From: an uncultured Candidatus Saccharibacteria bacterium
GTDB taxonomy: Bacteria > Patescibacteriota > Minisyncoccia > UBA6257 > 2-01-FULL-56-20
Assembly: GCA_964361095.1 (NCBI GenBank)
Contig: CAYHZA010000002.1
Location: 49,594 to 113,593 of the forward strand
Direction of reading: 5' to 3'
Length of the DNA: 64,000 nt
Shown: positions 47,031 to 57,868 of the stretch, in pieces
Numbering within the stretch: position 1 is the first letter of the stretch
Layout of the letters: each line of letters opens with the position of its first letter
Notes under the pieces: model-generated
The model's database searches: none
Told to the model about the DNA's origin: nothing
The model's input: the letters and a program-made list of their open reading frames with translations, nothing else
Translations under genes and position numbers: made by a program

Positions 47031-47816
47031 ATGAAAACATCACTTACAGGAGGAGAGCTTTCGGTTTTGAAAGAGAAAAAACTTATTGTTTTTGATCTCG
47101 ACGGAACGTTAGCCGAGAGTAAATCGGGCATGGACTCCCAAATGGCGGGACTTATGAGGCGGCTTTTAAATGAGAAAATGGTAGCGGTGATCTCCGGAGG
47201 GCGTTACGAGCAGTTCGAGCGGCAGTTTTTGAAGAGTCTTAAGTGTCCAAAGTCGTTTTACGCGCGGCTTTTTCTTTTTCCCACCTCTTCGACGTCATTT
47301 TATCGGTATTTGAACGGCTGGAAGAAAGTTTATGCGGAAAATTTAACGTCCGCGGAAAAGCGTAAAATTTTATCCGCGTTCAAGGGGGTTTTCGCGAAGG
47401 TTCGGTACGCGGAGCCTTCGCGTACGTACGGTGTTGTTATCGAAGACCGCGAAACACAAATCACTTTTTCGGCGCTTGGCCAGAAGGCGCCCGTCGGGGA
47501 GAAAAAAAAGTGGCACGAAAAAAATAATCGTTTGCGGCTCCGCATGATGAACATATTAAAAAAATCACTTCCCGAGTTTGAAGTGCGCGTTGGGGGACTT
47601 ACGTCGATCGATGTTACGCGTAAGGGAATCGATAAGGCGTATGGCATACGACAAATCGAAAAACATCTCGGTGTGTCCCGTAAGGAGATGCTTTTTGTGG
47701 GGGATGCTCTCTATCCGGGCGGCAATGACTACGCGGCGGTAAAAACAGGAGTGGATTGGGTCCAAGTGTCGGGGCCGGGCGAAACGAAAAAGGTGATACA
47801 AAAGATCATTCGTTGA
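47031..47816 (+). CDS. HAD-superfamily hydrolase (IIB-like)
   Basis: Motif I 'LIVFDLDGTLAES' and motif IV-like 'FVGDALYPGGNDY'. Confidence 0.65.
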   Translation: MKTSLTGGELSVLKEKKLIVFDLDGTLAESKSGMDSQMAGLMRRLLNEKMVAVISGGRYEQFERQFLKSLKCPKSFYARLFLFPTSSTSFYRYLNGWKKVYAENLTSAEKRKILSAFKGVFAKVRYAEPSRTYGVVIEDRETQITFSALGQKAPVGEKKKWHEKNNRLRLRMMNILKKSLPEFEVRVGGLTSIDVTRKGIDKAYGIRQIEKHLGVSRKEMLFVGDALYPGGNDYAAVKTGVDWVQVSGPGETKKVIQKIIR

Positions 47817-48237
47817 CTTCGATTATGCGGGGAAGTATAGTAGACGCAGACTCTTGGAGGATGTGAATCATGAAAAGCGAAGCGAAGGAACCGACCACGC
47901 TTGCAGACCTTTTCTCGCGATGTATTTTGAAAAAGCTTTCTCCCGAAGAGGGCACGCGCCTTTTTCTTGAGGAAGTAGTCCTTCGATACAATGCCCACCC
48001 CGTAATTACAGAGGAGTCCCGACGGAGTGTTCTCAGGACGTTTCGAGAGGTTAGCCGCGGAGAAACTCCCATGATGTCGGGTGAGGATGAGGTTATTGTG
48101 GCGCTCAAGATGTCGCGCGGATGGTAAGCACCGGCTCCCCTAAAAAGGAGCCATTTTTTTGACAAAAATCCCTTTTGTAATTAGATTGTAAGCAGATCTT
48201 CCCTTTGGGGAAATATACATAAGGAAGGAGGTGAGAT

Positions 48238-48509
48238 TGGTGATTCTCTCTGTGCTGATAAAGGATGTAAGAGTCGACCTTCCGGGGTTCTTTTCCCGGT
48301 TACGCGTCGGCGGCTACTTCAACCCCGAGGAGGCCGTTCAAGCATTAAAAACGGCGGCTCTCGGCGAAGGTATCGTCGTCGAAGAGGAAGCGGTACGCGA
48401 TCTGGTTGACCAGATAGTGACAGGAGAACTGAAGCTGTTCGATGATTTCAAGGAGCGGCTCCATGAGATCGAAAAACCTTCCCCATCGACCTCAAAAAAA
48501 AGAGCGTAA
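48238..48509 (+). CDS. hypothetical small protein
   Basis: A GTG start 7 nt after 'aaggaaggagg', and a terminator hairpin after the stop. Confidence 0.35.
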
Positions 48510-48520
48510 CGTTTCATAAA

Positions 48521-48558
48521 AGACCCCTGCGCGTGGAGAATGCAGGGGTCTTATCTTA
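48521..48558 (+). terminator. rho-independent terminator
   Basis: agacccctgc-gcgtggagaat-gcaggggtct followed by a T-rich tract. Confidence 0.55.
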
Positions 48559-48600
48559 TTTATAAAGACGCGCTAAAAAGTTTTATTACTATGGGGTTGA

Positions 48601-48735
48601 TCCCCACACCTACACGAGAGAGGCATTCCCCTAAAGCCAGAGTTCTATTTTTAAAACCATGTTTGGAGAAATTATCATATTCTACGGTTATACCACAGAA
48701 TGCGATTGTTCCCCACTCTCGTGTAGGTGTGGGGA
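48601..48735. repeat. 135-bp element bounded by perfect 20-bp inverted repeats (tccccacacctacacgagag / ctctcgtgtaggtgtgggga)
   Basis: Arms at 48601-48620 and 48716-48735 with a 95-nt AT-rich spacer and no ORF. Located between a terminator and the next gene. Confidence 0.5.
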
Positions 48736-48783
48736 TTGACAGTCAAGAATGATTAGACCTATAGTAGTTTTAAAATCACGCAT

Positions 48784-49275
48784 ATGCAGGAATTTTTCTC
48801 GAGCTCGCTCGGTTTAACGTTGGACGTTGATCAGACCGTTTTGGAAATTATTCGGTTTATGGAGGCGGAACCGAAGCGAAAATATAAGGTAACGATCGGA
48901 ACCGATTCGGAACGTCTTCAGGATGGACGCGCCGATTTTGTGACGGCAATCGTCGTGCATCGCGTCGGAAACGGCGGCCGTTATTTTTGGAGGCGCCTTG
49001 AATTGGGAAAATTCCACACGCTTCGTGACCGCATTATAAAAGAAGTATTGATGTCGCTTGAAGTCGCGAAAAAAGTTCTCCTGCTTTTAGAGGAGAAGGT
49101 GCGCGCGGAGAGCGATCTCGAATGGGAATTTGAAGTGCATGCCGATATCGGAGAGAACGGAGAAACGAAGGTAATGATCCAAGAGGTGGTGGGCATGATT
49201 CGCGCCTATAACTTTGAGCCCAAGACAAAGCCCTCGAGTTATGCCGCTTCGAATGTCGCGGACCGCCACGTGTAA
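48784..49275 (+). CDS. RNase-H-like YkuK/DUF458-family protein (tentative)
   Basis: 'KVTIGTDSERLQDGRADFVTAIVVHRVGNGGRYFW' resembles the DUF458 'GSDSQ...TVFVTVVV.H' core. Confidence 0.45.
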   Translation: MQEFFSSSLGLTLDVDQTVLEIIRFMEAEPKRKYKVTIGTDSERLQDGRADFVTAIVVHRVGNGGRYFWRRLELGKFHTLRDRIIKEVLMSLEVAKKVLLLLEEKVRAESDLEWEFEVHADIGENGETKVMIQEVVGMIRAYNFEPKTKPSSYAASNVADRHV

Positions 49276-49472
49276 CCAATGTATATAGACTTAATTCCAT
49301 TTTTTATTTTCGGACTTGTTGGCCTTGTTTTTACTGTTTTTCACAAAGCAATGGGATCTCTCAGTTATAAATTGCAGGAGAGTTATTATCGGACTGAAGA
49401 GATGCATCAACGATGGGCTTTAATAATTGGGGTCGTACTACTATTTGCGTCGATTCTTGCTTTTTTTCTTTG

Positions 49473-50060
49473 ATGGACACCCTTGTATTCGACATTGAAA
49501 CGCAGAATTTTTTCACCGATCCCGATGTCGGGTGGAATAATTATGACGCCCTAAAAATTTCGGTCGTCGGCGTTTATTCATACGAGAAAGATCAATACTT
49601 AGCCTTCGACGAATTCGAAATGGAAGCGCTTGCCTCCCTTTTTCGAAACGCGAGCCAGCTTGTGGGATTTAGCATGAATCGATATGACATTCCCGTTCTC
49701 CACCGCTATTTTCAGGCGCTTCAAGACGTAAACGGTCTTGATCTATGGGGCAAGGAGCGCGTTGATCTTCTCTCGGAGATTGAAATGGCGACCGGAGATC
49801 GCATAAGCTTGGACAAGCTTGCGCTCGCGAATCTTGGAGTCGGGAAGACGGGTCACGGCTCGGAAGCGATTACGATGTATAAAAATGGAGAAATGGAAAA
49901 GTTAAAAAGTTATTGCTTGATGGATGTTGAGCTTACGAGAAAACTTTATGATCTCTATCGAGAAAACAAATCACTTTTGGTCCCCGATAAAAAAACAGGA
50001 GCGGTTGTAACGGTAAATTTTTCCAAAGGACAAGATGTTCAGAAACCGGCTCTATTTTGA
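49473..50060 (+). CDS. DEDD-type 3'-5' exonuclease (PolB-exonuclease-like / RNase-H-like)
   Basis: Exo motif I 'LVFDIETQNF' and motif II-like 'LVGFSMNRYDIPVL'. Start taken at the 'MDTLVFDIET' Met. Confidence 0.55.
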   Translation: MDTLVFDIETQNFFTDPDVGWNNYDALKISVVGVYSYEKDQYLAFDEFEMEALASLFRNASQLVGFSMNRYDIPVLHRYFQALQDVNGLDLWGKERVDLLSEIEMATGDRISLDKLALANLGVGKTGHGSEAITMYKNGEMEKLKSYCLMDVELTRKLYDLYRENKSLLVPDKKTGAVVTVNFSKGQDVQKPALF

Positions 50061-51216
50061 TTATGCCGCGGGAACTCCCGTAGCTCCGAGCGTTATGCGC
50101 GCGATGCGTCCTTATTTTTCGGGCGCTTTCGGAAACCCCGGTTCGCTTCATTCGTACGGGCAGGAAGCTCTTGCCGCTCTTGATCTGGCGCGGGAGAGAG
50201 TCGCGTCCGCGCTGGGGGCACAGTTTCGGGAGATTATTTTTACCGGTTCGGCGACCGAGGCGAACAATATTGCGCTCAGGGGCGCTTTGGGAAAATTTAC
50301 CGCGGAGCGGGGGCGAGCAATAATTCCGCGCATTATCGTTTCGGCGATCGAACACGAATCCGTTCTGGAGACCGCGAAAGAATTAAAACGTGACGGAGCG
50401 GATGTGGTAATTCTTCCCGTGTCCCAGAACGGCGTTCTCGACCCCCTAACCTTAAAAGAGTTTTTAAACGATCGAACCGCCCTTGTCTCGATCCAATACG
50501 CTAACAATGAGGTGGGCGTCGTTCAACCTATTGCCGAAATTGCCGAACGTATAAACGAGCAAAGAGGAGATCGTTCGCCGTTTCCGCTTTTTCATACCGA
50601 CGCCGCGCAAGCGTTTCAGTTTCTTAATTGTACGGCGGGTAGTCTTCGGGTTGATTTAATGACACTTTCCGCGCATAAGTTCTACGGCCCTAAGGGTGTC
50701 GGCGCGTTGTATGTGCGCGGTGAAGCTTCTCGTTCGGGATTTCCTTCTTTTATTACGGGAGGCGGGCAGGAGTTTATGTTGCGCTCCGGGACGGAAAACG
50801 TACCACTTATCGTGGGGTTCGGCGAAGCGGTTCGTCTTGTTTTGCGAAACAGAGAATCGGAATCAAAACGGATAGGGGAGCTCGCGGAGTATTTTAAAAA
50901 GAAGCTTGCCGTTATTGCCCAGGATGTTCGGTTCAATGCGAGCGAAGGAAATACGCCCAAGATCCCTAATATAATAAGCGTATATTTTCCCGGACGTTCG
51001 GTAAGTAGTGACCTCCTTCTGAAATTTGACCTTCGGGGACTTGCGGTTTCCGCGGGATCCGCGTGTCGGGCGCGATCCGCGGAGCCCTCTTATGTGCTTC
51101 AGGCGTTGGGATATCCGCGGGAACGCGTAGAGCGGAGTGTGCGTTTTAGCCTTGGGCGCCCAACCACAAAATCACAAATTGACAAAGCTCTCCGAATTAT
51201 TAAAATGTCGTTATAA
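50035..51216 (+). CDS. cysteine desulfurase (NifS/IscS class-V aminotransferase)
   Basis: 'LYFDYAAGTPVAPSVMRAM' and the PLP-Lys 'SAHKFYGPKGVGALYVR'. An active-site Cys is present near 'SAGSACRA'. Confidence 0.85.
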   Translation: MFRNRLYFDYAAGTPVAPSVMRAMRPYFSGAFGNPGSLHSYGQEALAALDLARERVASALGAQFREIIFTGSATEANNIALRGALGKFTAERGRAIIPRIIVSAIEHESVLETAKELKRDGADVVILPVSQNGVLDPLTLKEFLNDRTALVSIQYANNEVGVVQPIAEIAERINEQRGDRSPFPLFHTDAAQAFQFLNCTAGSLRVDLMTLSAHKFYGPKGVGALYVRGEASRSGFPSFITGGGQEFMLRSGTENVPLIVGFGEAVRLVLRNRESESKRIGELAEYFKKKLAVIAQDVRFNASEGNTPKIPNIISVYFPGRSVSSDLLLKFDLRGLAVSAGSACRARSAEPSYVLQALGYPRERVERSVRFSLGRPTTKSQIDKALRIIKMSL

Positions 51217-51236
51217 AAGAAATATTTTAAAAACAA

Positions 51237-52502
51237 ATGCCTACACATCGTAAGTACGTTTTCTATATCATTTTGGGAATTATAATCGGCGGGATTATTA
51301 TCATCCCTCGTGTTACGCCTTTCGCGCGCGCGAATGTGTTTGGTGATTTTTTTAAGAATTTTACGAACCCCTTCGGAGGCAATAAGGCAACCACGACTTT
51401 TAACGGAGGAACTCAAAATCTTCCCGTGGCGCTCTATAAACCGGCACTTGAATATGAGCAGGCGGTGGTAACGGCGGTAAAGCGCGCCGCGCCGGCAGTC
51501 GTCTCCATTACAATCTCAAAGAATGTTCCCGTAATCGAGCGCTGTCCCTCAAATCCCTTCTCGGATCTTCCTCCCGAATTCCAAGATTTTTTTGGCGGTC
51601 AGTTTCCGGAATTTTACGCGCCTTGCGAGAAGGGAGCAAAATTTCAGGAGATAGGAAGCGGGAGCGGTTTTATTGTCTCTCCGAACGGAATGATTCTCAC
51701 GAATAAACACGTGGTAAGCGATAAGTCCGCTTCGTATACGGTATTTACGAATGATGGAAAGAAATATAGCGCGAGGGTACTAGCTCGGGATCCCGTACAG
51801 GACTTGGCAGTCTTAAAGATCGACGTGGTAGGCAGCCCTGCCGTTACGCTTGGCGATTCCGACGGATTGGAACTCGGACAAACCGCTATCGCGATCGGTA
51901 ACGCTCTCGGAGAATTTCGAAATACCGTTTCGGTAGGTGTTATCTCCGGTCTCGCGAGAGATGTGACTGCTTCGGGCGGAGGAACAACGGAAAATATTCG
52001 GGGCGTGATCCAGACGGACGCGGCTATTAACCCAGGTAATTCCGGAGGCCCTCTTTTGAATCTTCGCGGTGAGGTAATCGGTATCAATACCGCGGTTGTC
52101 TCGGGAGCGCAAAGCATCGGGTTTGCTATTCCCATCAACAAAGCGAAGCGCGACATTGAATCGGTGAGAACAAAGGGAGAAATCCAAGCGCCGTTTTTGG
52201 GCGTGCGGTATCTTACGCTTACTCCCGATCACGCGAAAAAACAGAAGGTGTCGATCGGTCATGGCGCGCTGGTTCGCGAGAGTGACGAAGGGGCCGCGGT
52301 AGAACCCGCATCGCCCGCGGCAAAAGCGGGGATTCAAGCCGAAGATATTATTATTGAAGTAAACGGAAAAAAAGTAGAAGAGGAAAATCCCTTAGGGAAA
52401 CTTATCGCCGATTTCAATGTTGGCCAAACCGTCGTTTTGAAAATTATTCGAAGCGGTAAGGAAATGACGGTGAGCGTAACATTAGGAAAGCGCCCCGAGT
52501 AG
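51237..52502 (+). CDS. htrA: HtrA/DegP-family serine protease with a C-terminal PDZ domain
   Basis: N-terminal TM, catalytic 'GNSGGPLLNLRGEVIGINTAV', and a PDZ domain ('IIIEVNGKKVEE'). Confidence 0.85.
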   Translation: MPTHRKYVFYIILGIIIGGIIIIPRVTPFARANVFGDFFKNFTNPFGGNKATTTFNGGTQNLPVALYKPALEYEQAVVTAVKRAAPAVVSITISKNVPVIERCPSNPFSDLPPEFQDFFGGQFPEFYAPCEKGAKFQEIGSGSGFIVSPNGMILTNKHVVSDKSASYTVFTNDGKKYSARVLARDPVQDLAVLKIDVVGSPAVTLGDSDGLELGQTAIAIGNALGEFRNTVSVGVISGLARDVTASGGGTTENIRGVIQTDAAINPGNSGGPLLNLRGEVIGINTAVVSGAQSIGFAIPINKAKRDIESVRTKGEIQAPFLGVRYLTLTPDHAKKQKVSIGHGALVRESDEGAAVEPASPAAKAGIQAEDIIIEVNGKKVEEENPLGKLIADFNVGQTVVLKIIRSGKEMTVSVTLGKRPE

Positions 52503-52613
52503 TATATTGAGCGCGCGTGAATGATTTTTCTTATGCCCCCGATGATTCATCTCGGGGCTACCGAACAAGTTGACAGCCGTGATATACTCTCTATAGAGTA
52601 ACCTCAATAATCC

Positions 52614-55271
52614 ATGCCAAATAACTTTCATCGTTTCACTATTAAAGCCCAGGAAGCCCTTCAGAACGCCCAAGAACTTGCGGCGGAGCGAAGCCATGGC
52701 GAATTAAAGGCGCTTCATCTCCTTGCATCGCTCATCGAGGATTCTCAATCTTTGATTCAGCCGGTTCTCATGCGTTCGGGAGTGAGCTTGGAAAAACTTC
52801 ACGAACAACTTGAAGCCGAGCTTGATCGTTTGCCGAAGATCGTAACGAATTCCACGGTTGGCCAGCTCTATCTCTCGCAGGGATTGATGCACATTCTTGA
52901 CCAGGCGGCGAAGGTCGCTTCGCAACAAAAAGATGAATTTGTCTCGTGTGAGCATCTTCTTCTCGCGCTTCTCGAGGTGCCGTCTCCGGCGCAGACGATG
53001 CTCCAGCAATTCGGCCTTCGGCGCGAGGGCGCGTTTCGTATTCTCGCGCAACTTCGCGGTTCGGTGCGGATTACCGATGAGACGCCCGAATCAAAGTTCC
53101 AAGTGCTCGAAAAGTATGCGATTAACATGACCGAAAAAGCAAAAGCGGGCGAGCTCGATCCGGTGATTGGCCGCGAAGCGGAATTACGTAGGGTAATTCA
53201 GGTTCTTTCCCGCCGAACGAAGAATAATCCGGTTTTAATCGGCGAGTCGGGAGTGGGGAAAACTGCCATCGTTGAAGGGCTTGCCCAGAGGATCGTTTCC
53301 GGAGATGTTCCCGAGCCGCTTAAGGGGAAACAGATTATTATGCTCGACTTAGGATCTTTGATCGCGGGGACAAAATTCCGCGGTGAGTTTGAGGATCGTC
53401 TTAAGGCTTTCGTGAAAGAAATTAAAAGTTCGGCGGGCCAGCTCATCCTTTTTATAGACGAGATTCATATGATCGTTGGCGCGGGAGCCGCCGAAGGCGC
53501 CGTAGACGCTTCAAACCTTTTAAAACCAGCCTTATCGCGCGGGGAGTTGCATACGATCGGCGCGACGACGATTCGGGAGTACCAGCGTTACATAGAAAAA
53601 GATCCCGCTCTCGAGCGGCGCTTCCAGCCGATTATCGTTGATGAGCCTTCGATCGAAGATAGCATCTCCATTTTGCGCGGATTGAAGGAAAAATATGAGA
53701 TTCATCACGGGCTTCGCATTAGCGACGAGGCGATTATCGCGGCGGTAAATCTTTCCGCCCGTTATATTACCGACCGTTTTTTGCCCGACAAGGCCGTTGA
53801 TCTTATCGACGAAGCCGCCGCCGCCCGCCGCCTCGAGAGCGAAAGCTTGCCGACCGAGATCGACAAAGTGCGGAGGGACATCACCCGATTTGAGATAGAA
53901 AAGCAGGCGATTTCTAAAGAGAACGGCAAAGGCAAGCCACGATATAAGGAGATCGAAAAAGAGCTGAAGAAGTTAAAGCAGGTAAACGATGAGCTTTCCG
54001 CGCGTTGGCATACGGAGAAGATTACGTTTGAAAATTTACATCAACTGCGCCAAAAGATAGAAAATTTGAAACGAGAGGCGGAAACCGTCGAGCGCGAGGG
54101 AAATCTTGAGCGTGTCGCGGAAATCATGTATGGCCAATTGCCGCAAGCGCAGAAAGATTATGAAATTTTTGAGAAGAAGCATTTTGCGCCGGCAGGGGAA
54201 GCGAAGAAAGGAAAGAAAGTTCCGAAAGCCGAAGAAAAGTTCCTCAAGGAATCGGTAGATAAGGAAGACGTGGCATCCGTAGTAGCCATGTGGACGGGCA
54301 TTCCGCTTCAGCGGATGCTTGAGTCGGAAAGCGAAAAATTCGTGCACATCGAAGAAGTTCTACAAAATCGTGTCGTTGGTCAAGCGGAGGCGGTTAAGGG
54401 TGTCGCGAGCGCCTTGCGCCGCGCCCGCGCCGGATTGGCGGACGAAAACCGTCCTCTCGGGTCGTTTATGTTTCTTGGCCCTACGGGCGTGGGAAAGACG
54501 GAGCTCGCGAAGGCGCTCGCCGAGTTTATGTTTAACGACGAAAAGGCGCTGATACGCATCGATATGTCCGAATATATGGAGCGCCACGCTACCTCGCGCT
54601 TGGTCGGTTCGCCGCCCGGCTACGTCGGGCATGAAGAGGGCGGACAGCTTACGGAGAGCGTGCGGCACCGGCCATATAGCCTGATTCTCTTCGATGAGAT
54701 CGAAAAGGCGCATCCCGAAGTATTTAACTTGCTCCTGCAGATTTTGGATAATGGGCGCTTGACCGACAGCAAAGGAAAGGTAGTGAACTTCAAAAACTCG
54801 ATTATTATAATGACTTCGAATGTCGGAAGTCGTTACTTGCGCGCGATGTCGAGTCTCGGTTTCCGCGCTTCGGGAAAAGAATCGACAACGCGCGAAACAG
54901 GCGATTATCGCGAAAAAGTAATGACTTCGCTCCGCGAAAACTTCCGCCCCGAATTCTTGAATCGTATTGATGAAATTACGATCTTTAATCCGTTGCACGA
55001 ACAGGATATCGAGAAAATTGTTGATATTCAGATCGCGCTTATCGAAAAACGGCTTACGGAACACCGCATTAAGATTAGCGTTGAACCGGCGGCGCGGGAG
55101 CATTTGGCGCGGGAGGGTTTCGATCCGGAATTCGGCGCTCGGCCGTTGCGAAGGCTGATTCAAAAGGTAATCTTGGATGAACTTGCGGATAAAATTATTC
55201 GTGGTGAATTAAAAGACGGTGGCAAAGTTAAAGTTAATTTTAAGGCGAATTCCTTGGTCTTTACTAGCTAA
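52614..55271 (+). CDS. clpB: ATP-dependent chaperone ClpB
   Basis: Two AAA+ modules ('[15 protein letters not shown]', '[17 protein letters not shown]') separated by a long middle coiled coil. 885 aa. Confidence 0.9.
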   Translation: MPNNFHRFTIKAQEALQNAQELAAERSHGELKALHLLASLIEDSQSLIQPVLMRSGVSLEKLHEQLEAELDRLPKIVTNSTVGQLYLSQGLMHILDQAAKVASQQKDEFVSCEHLLLALLEVPSPAQTMLQQFGLRREGAFRILAQLRGSVRITDETPESKFQVLEKYAINMTEKAKAGELDPVIGREAELRRVIQVLSRRTKNNPVLIGESGVGKTAIVEGLAQRIVSGDVPEPLKGKQIIMLDLGSLIAGTKFRGEFEDRLKAFVKEIKSSAGQLILFIDEIHMIVGAGAAEGAVDASNLLKPALSRGELHTIGATTIREYQRYIEKDPALERRFQPIIVDEPSIEDSISILRGLKEKYEIHHGLRISDEAIIAAVNLSARYITDRFLPDKAVDLIDEAAAARRLESESLPTEIDKVRRDITRFEIEKQAISKENGKGKPRYKEIEKELKKLKQVNDELSARWHTEKITFENLHQLRQKIENLKREAETVEREGNLERVAEIMYGQLPQAQKDYEIFEKKHFAPAGEAKKGKKVPKAEEKFLKESVDKEDVASVVAMWTGIPLQRMLESESEKFVHIEEVLQNRVVGQAEAVKGVASALRRARAGLADENRPLGSFMFLGPTGVGKTELAKALAEFMFNDEKALIRIDMSEYMERHATSRLVGSPPGYVGHEEGGQLTESVRHRPYSLILFDEIEKAHPEVFNLLLQILDNGRLTDSKGKVVNFKNSIIIMTSNVGSRYLRAMSSLGFRASGKESTTRETGDYREKVMTSLRENFRPEFLNRIDEITIFNPLHEQDIEKIVDIQIALIEKRLTEHRIKISVEPAAREHLAREGFDPEFGARPLRRLIQKVILDELADKIIRGELKDGGKVKVNFKANSLVFTS

Positions 55272-55923
55272 GGCGGCTCTCTTTGGGCTTGGCTGGCTAG
55301 TTTTGCCGTTTTGGATTTTTTTGATTCTGTCTTTCTATCTTTACTCCCGACCCTTATTCCAGCCGGCTCGTCTTATGGCGCCGTTTATGGCGCTCGTCGT
55401 CATCGCGGCGTTTGCCGAGCCGACCGTGGGGATGGCTCTTTTTTTCGCGATTGCGTTTTTCGTGATCGCCGGAATAAAAGATCTTTGGTTCATCAATCGG
55501 GCGGCGGCTTACAAGGTGCTTATCTTTCTCCTTTTTTTTCTTTCGTCCCTCCTTTTCTTTAGGGCGCACCGTGAATGGCATGGTCTTCAGGTATTCGCTT
55601 CCGCCCTTTCTTTGGGGGTTCTCTTTTTTGTTCTCGTCAAGAGTTTTCTTTCGTATGGAGGCGGGGACGGAGGGCGGCGGCGCGTTGTTTTGACGTTAGG
55701 GGTAATGTCTCTTATGCTCTGGCAGTTAGTAATCGTCCTTCTTTTTTTGCCGCTCAGCTTCCTGAGCCAGACCGCTCTTCTTTTTCTTACCTCTGCTGTT
55801 TTTGTGGAGTACGCAGAGGCATACTTCGGCGATCGCTTAAGTCGGGAAAAAATTTTGAGCCAAACCGTTATATTCGCGATACTTGCCCTCCTGATTTTTT
55901 TGACGGGAGAATGGCGTCTCTAA
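55219..55923 (+). CDS. hypothetical polytopic membrane protein (the annotated start overlaps the clpB 3' end; true start may be downstream)
   Basis: Six or more hydrophobic helices. Confidence 0.4.
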   Translation: MAKLKLILRRIPWSLLAKAALFGLGWLVLPFWIFLILSFYLYSRPLFQPARLMAPFMALVVIAAFAEPTVGMALFFAIAFFVIAGIKDLWFINRAAAYKVLIFLLFFLSSLLFFRAHREWHGLQVFASALSLGVLFFVLVKSFLSYGGGDGGRRRVVLTLGVMSLMLWQLVIVLLFLPLSFLSQTALLFLTSAVFVEYAEAYFGDRLSREKILSQTVIFAILALLIFLTGEWRL

Positions 55924-55938
55924 TATAATAAGCAACGC

Positions 55939-56739
55939 ATGGAGAATATAACAAAATTAGTACTACCGATGGCCGGCATGGGAAAGCGCTTACGGCCTCT
56001 TACGTTAAAGATGCCCAAGGCGTTGGTTCCTTTGGCGGGGCGTCCGCTCCTCAGCCACATTTTAGAGGAGGCGACCGAGAGCGGTATCAAAAAAGTTTTT
56101 TTTATTATCAGCCCCCAGCATGCGCCGCATTTTAGAGAATACATGAAGATTGCCGCTTCCCTGTTTCCCTCGCTCGATATTGCCACGCGTTTTCAGGAGC
56201 GCGCCTACGGAAATGGCCATGCGATCCTTGAAGCCGCGTCATATCTTCACGAACCGTTTGCTGTTCGTTATTGCGACGATGTTCTTCTCGACGATGAGCC
56301 GGTTTTAAAATCTCTGGTTAGCCGTTTCGCGCGTTATCGAGCGCCGATTATTACTCTGCTCCGTATTCCTCGCCGTGATATTTCGCGTTATGGCGTTGTA
56401 GCGGTAGAGAAATCTATTGGAGATTCGATTCATAAACTTAGGGGAATAATCGAAAAACCGAATGTTCTGGAGGCGGAGCGTAATAGAGAGAAGCTTTCTA
56501 ATCTCGCGGTAATGGGAGCGTATATTGTAACCCCAAAAATTATCGGTCATCTGAAGAATATCTCACCCTACGCGCCGGAGCTCGATGACGCGCTTACGCT
56601 CACCGCGGGGTTTCACGAAGAACTTATGGCGGGGGGCTCGGTGTATGGTTGGGAATTTTCGGGAAAGAGATTGGACTGTGGAACACTTGAGGGATTTCTT
56701 GAGGCGGAAGAGCACCTCACGCTTGGGGGTTCTCGGTAA
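55939..56739 (+). CDS. sugar-phosphate nucleotidyltransferase (UTP-glucose-1-phosphate uridylyltransferase-like)
   Basis: 'KLVLPMAGMGKRLRPLTLKMPKALVPLAGRPLL' is the NTP_transferase G-rich loop. Confidence 0.75.
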   Translation: MENITKLVLPMAGMGKRLRPLTLKMPKALVPLAGRPLLSHILEEATESGIKKVFFIISPQHAPHFREYMKIAASLFPSLDIATRFQERAYGNGHAILEAASYLHEPFAVRYCDDVLLDDEPVLKSLVSRFARYRAPIITLLRIPRRDISRYGVVAVEKSIGDSIHKLRGIIEKPNVLEAERNREKLSNLAVMGAYIVTPKIIGHLKNISPYAPELDDALTLTAGFHEELMAGGSVYGWEFSGKRLDCGTLEGFLEAEEHLTLGGSR

Positions 56740-56791
56740 AGAAGGGTCCGTTTGACATACCCGTCGTTCCCGTTATACTTCAGCTCGTCAT

Positions 56792-57478
56792 ATGGATGAG
56801 GTTCATTTTATCAATTTTTGCGTGAAAAAAGGGTTCGAGATAAGCTATGCCCTTTTTCGGGTGGCGGGAACTTTAAAGAAGAAGAGTTTTGAAGACGCCC
56901 TCGAAAGCCACGCCCTCGCCCTTTTAAGCTCTACGACGGGAGGGAACTATGAAGATGCCCAAAGGGAACTTCGGGTACTTGAAAATATGATCCACCTCGG
57001 CGCGGAGTTCAACTTGGTAAGCTTTGGGAATAGTGAGCTTATGTTAAGCGAGATGAGGGCATTGAATGCGGCAATTGCCGAATACGGCAATGCGGCAAAA
57101 TTGCCGGATTTAGATTTGAAACTTGAGGAGGTTTTTAAGAAAGAAGAGATAATGCAGCCTTTGTTTGAAGATAAGATTGACGAGAGAACAGAAGGACAAT
57201 CTTTGCATAGGAATGCGGCAATCGGACATGCGGCAGAAATGCGGCAATCGGCAATTCTTGAAAAAATAAGAGAAGTTGAAAAATGCCGACTAAAGGATAT
57301 ACAGGAGTTTTTGCCGCATATGAGCGAGAGAACGATACGGTATGATCTCCAAGGGTTGGTTGAGCGGGAGCTTATTGAACGGATTGGTCCCGGGGGCCCC
57401 GCTACCTTCTATAAGGTAAAGAGAGAAGAGGTGGCGGTGGAGCATTTGGGCCAAAACTCATTTGCGGCCGACTTGTAA
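56792..57478 (+). CDS. hypothetical protein with a C-terminal winged-helix DNA-binding domain
   Basis: C-terminus 'MSERTIRYDLQGLVERELIERIGPGGPATFYKV' is DeoR/wHTH-like. Contains internal 'NAAI/NAAK' peptide repeats encoded by an 'atgcggcaa' DNA repeat. Confidence 0.5.
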   Translation: MDEVHFINFCVKKGFEISYALFRVAGTLKKKSFEDALESHALALLSSTTGGNYEDAQRELRVLENMIHLGAEFNLVSFGNSELMLSEMRALNAAIAEYGNAAKLPDLDLKLEEVFKKEEIMQPLFEDKIDERTEGQSLHRNAAIGHAAEMRQSAILEKIREVEKCRLKDIQEFLPHMSERTIRYDLQGLVERELIERIGPGGPATFYKVKREEVAVEHLGQNSFAADL

Positions 57479-57868
57479 CTTTTCCCCTACAATCCCGTTT
57501 TCTTTAGTATATCTTGGCTAAGAGATGGTATGGGTTTTCCCCATGCTTTTTTGATTAGGCCATGATAGAATTGAACCAATAAGTTTACGTTCAGTGTTCC
57601 GCTTCGTCGGGACAAGTGAGGCTGGACGGGAAGTCGTGATGTGGGTTTTTTGCCCGCACTCCGTTCTCGCCTCGCTTCTCAAGCGAGTTTTTTAATTTAG
57701 ATATTAAAGTTATTCCTTTATTCCTTTCCGCTCTAATCCTCACTTAGATTAGCGGTGGGTCGAAAATAAGGGCAGTAACTTATTCCAGAAAAAAGCAAAA
57801 AGGTCGATGATCCTAATATATTTAGGTCGATAACAAAAAAATTAAGTCGAAATTAAAAGTAAATATAA

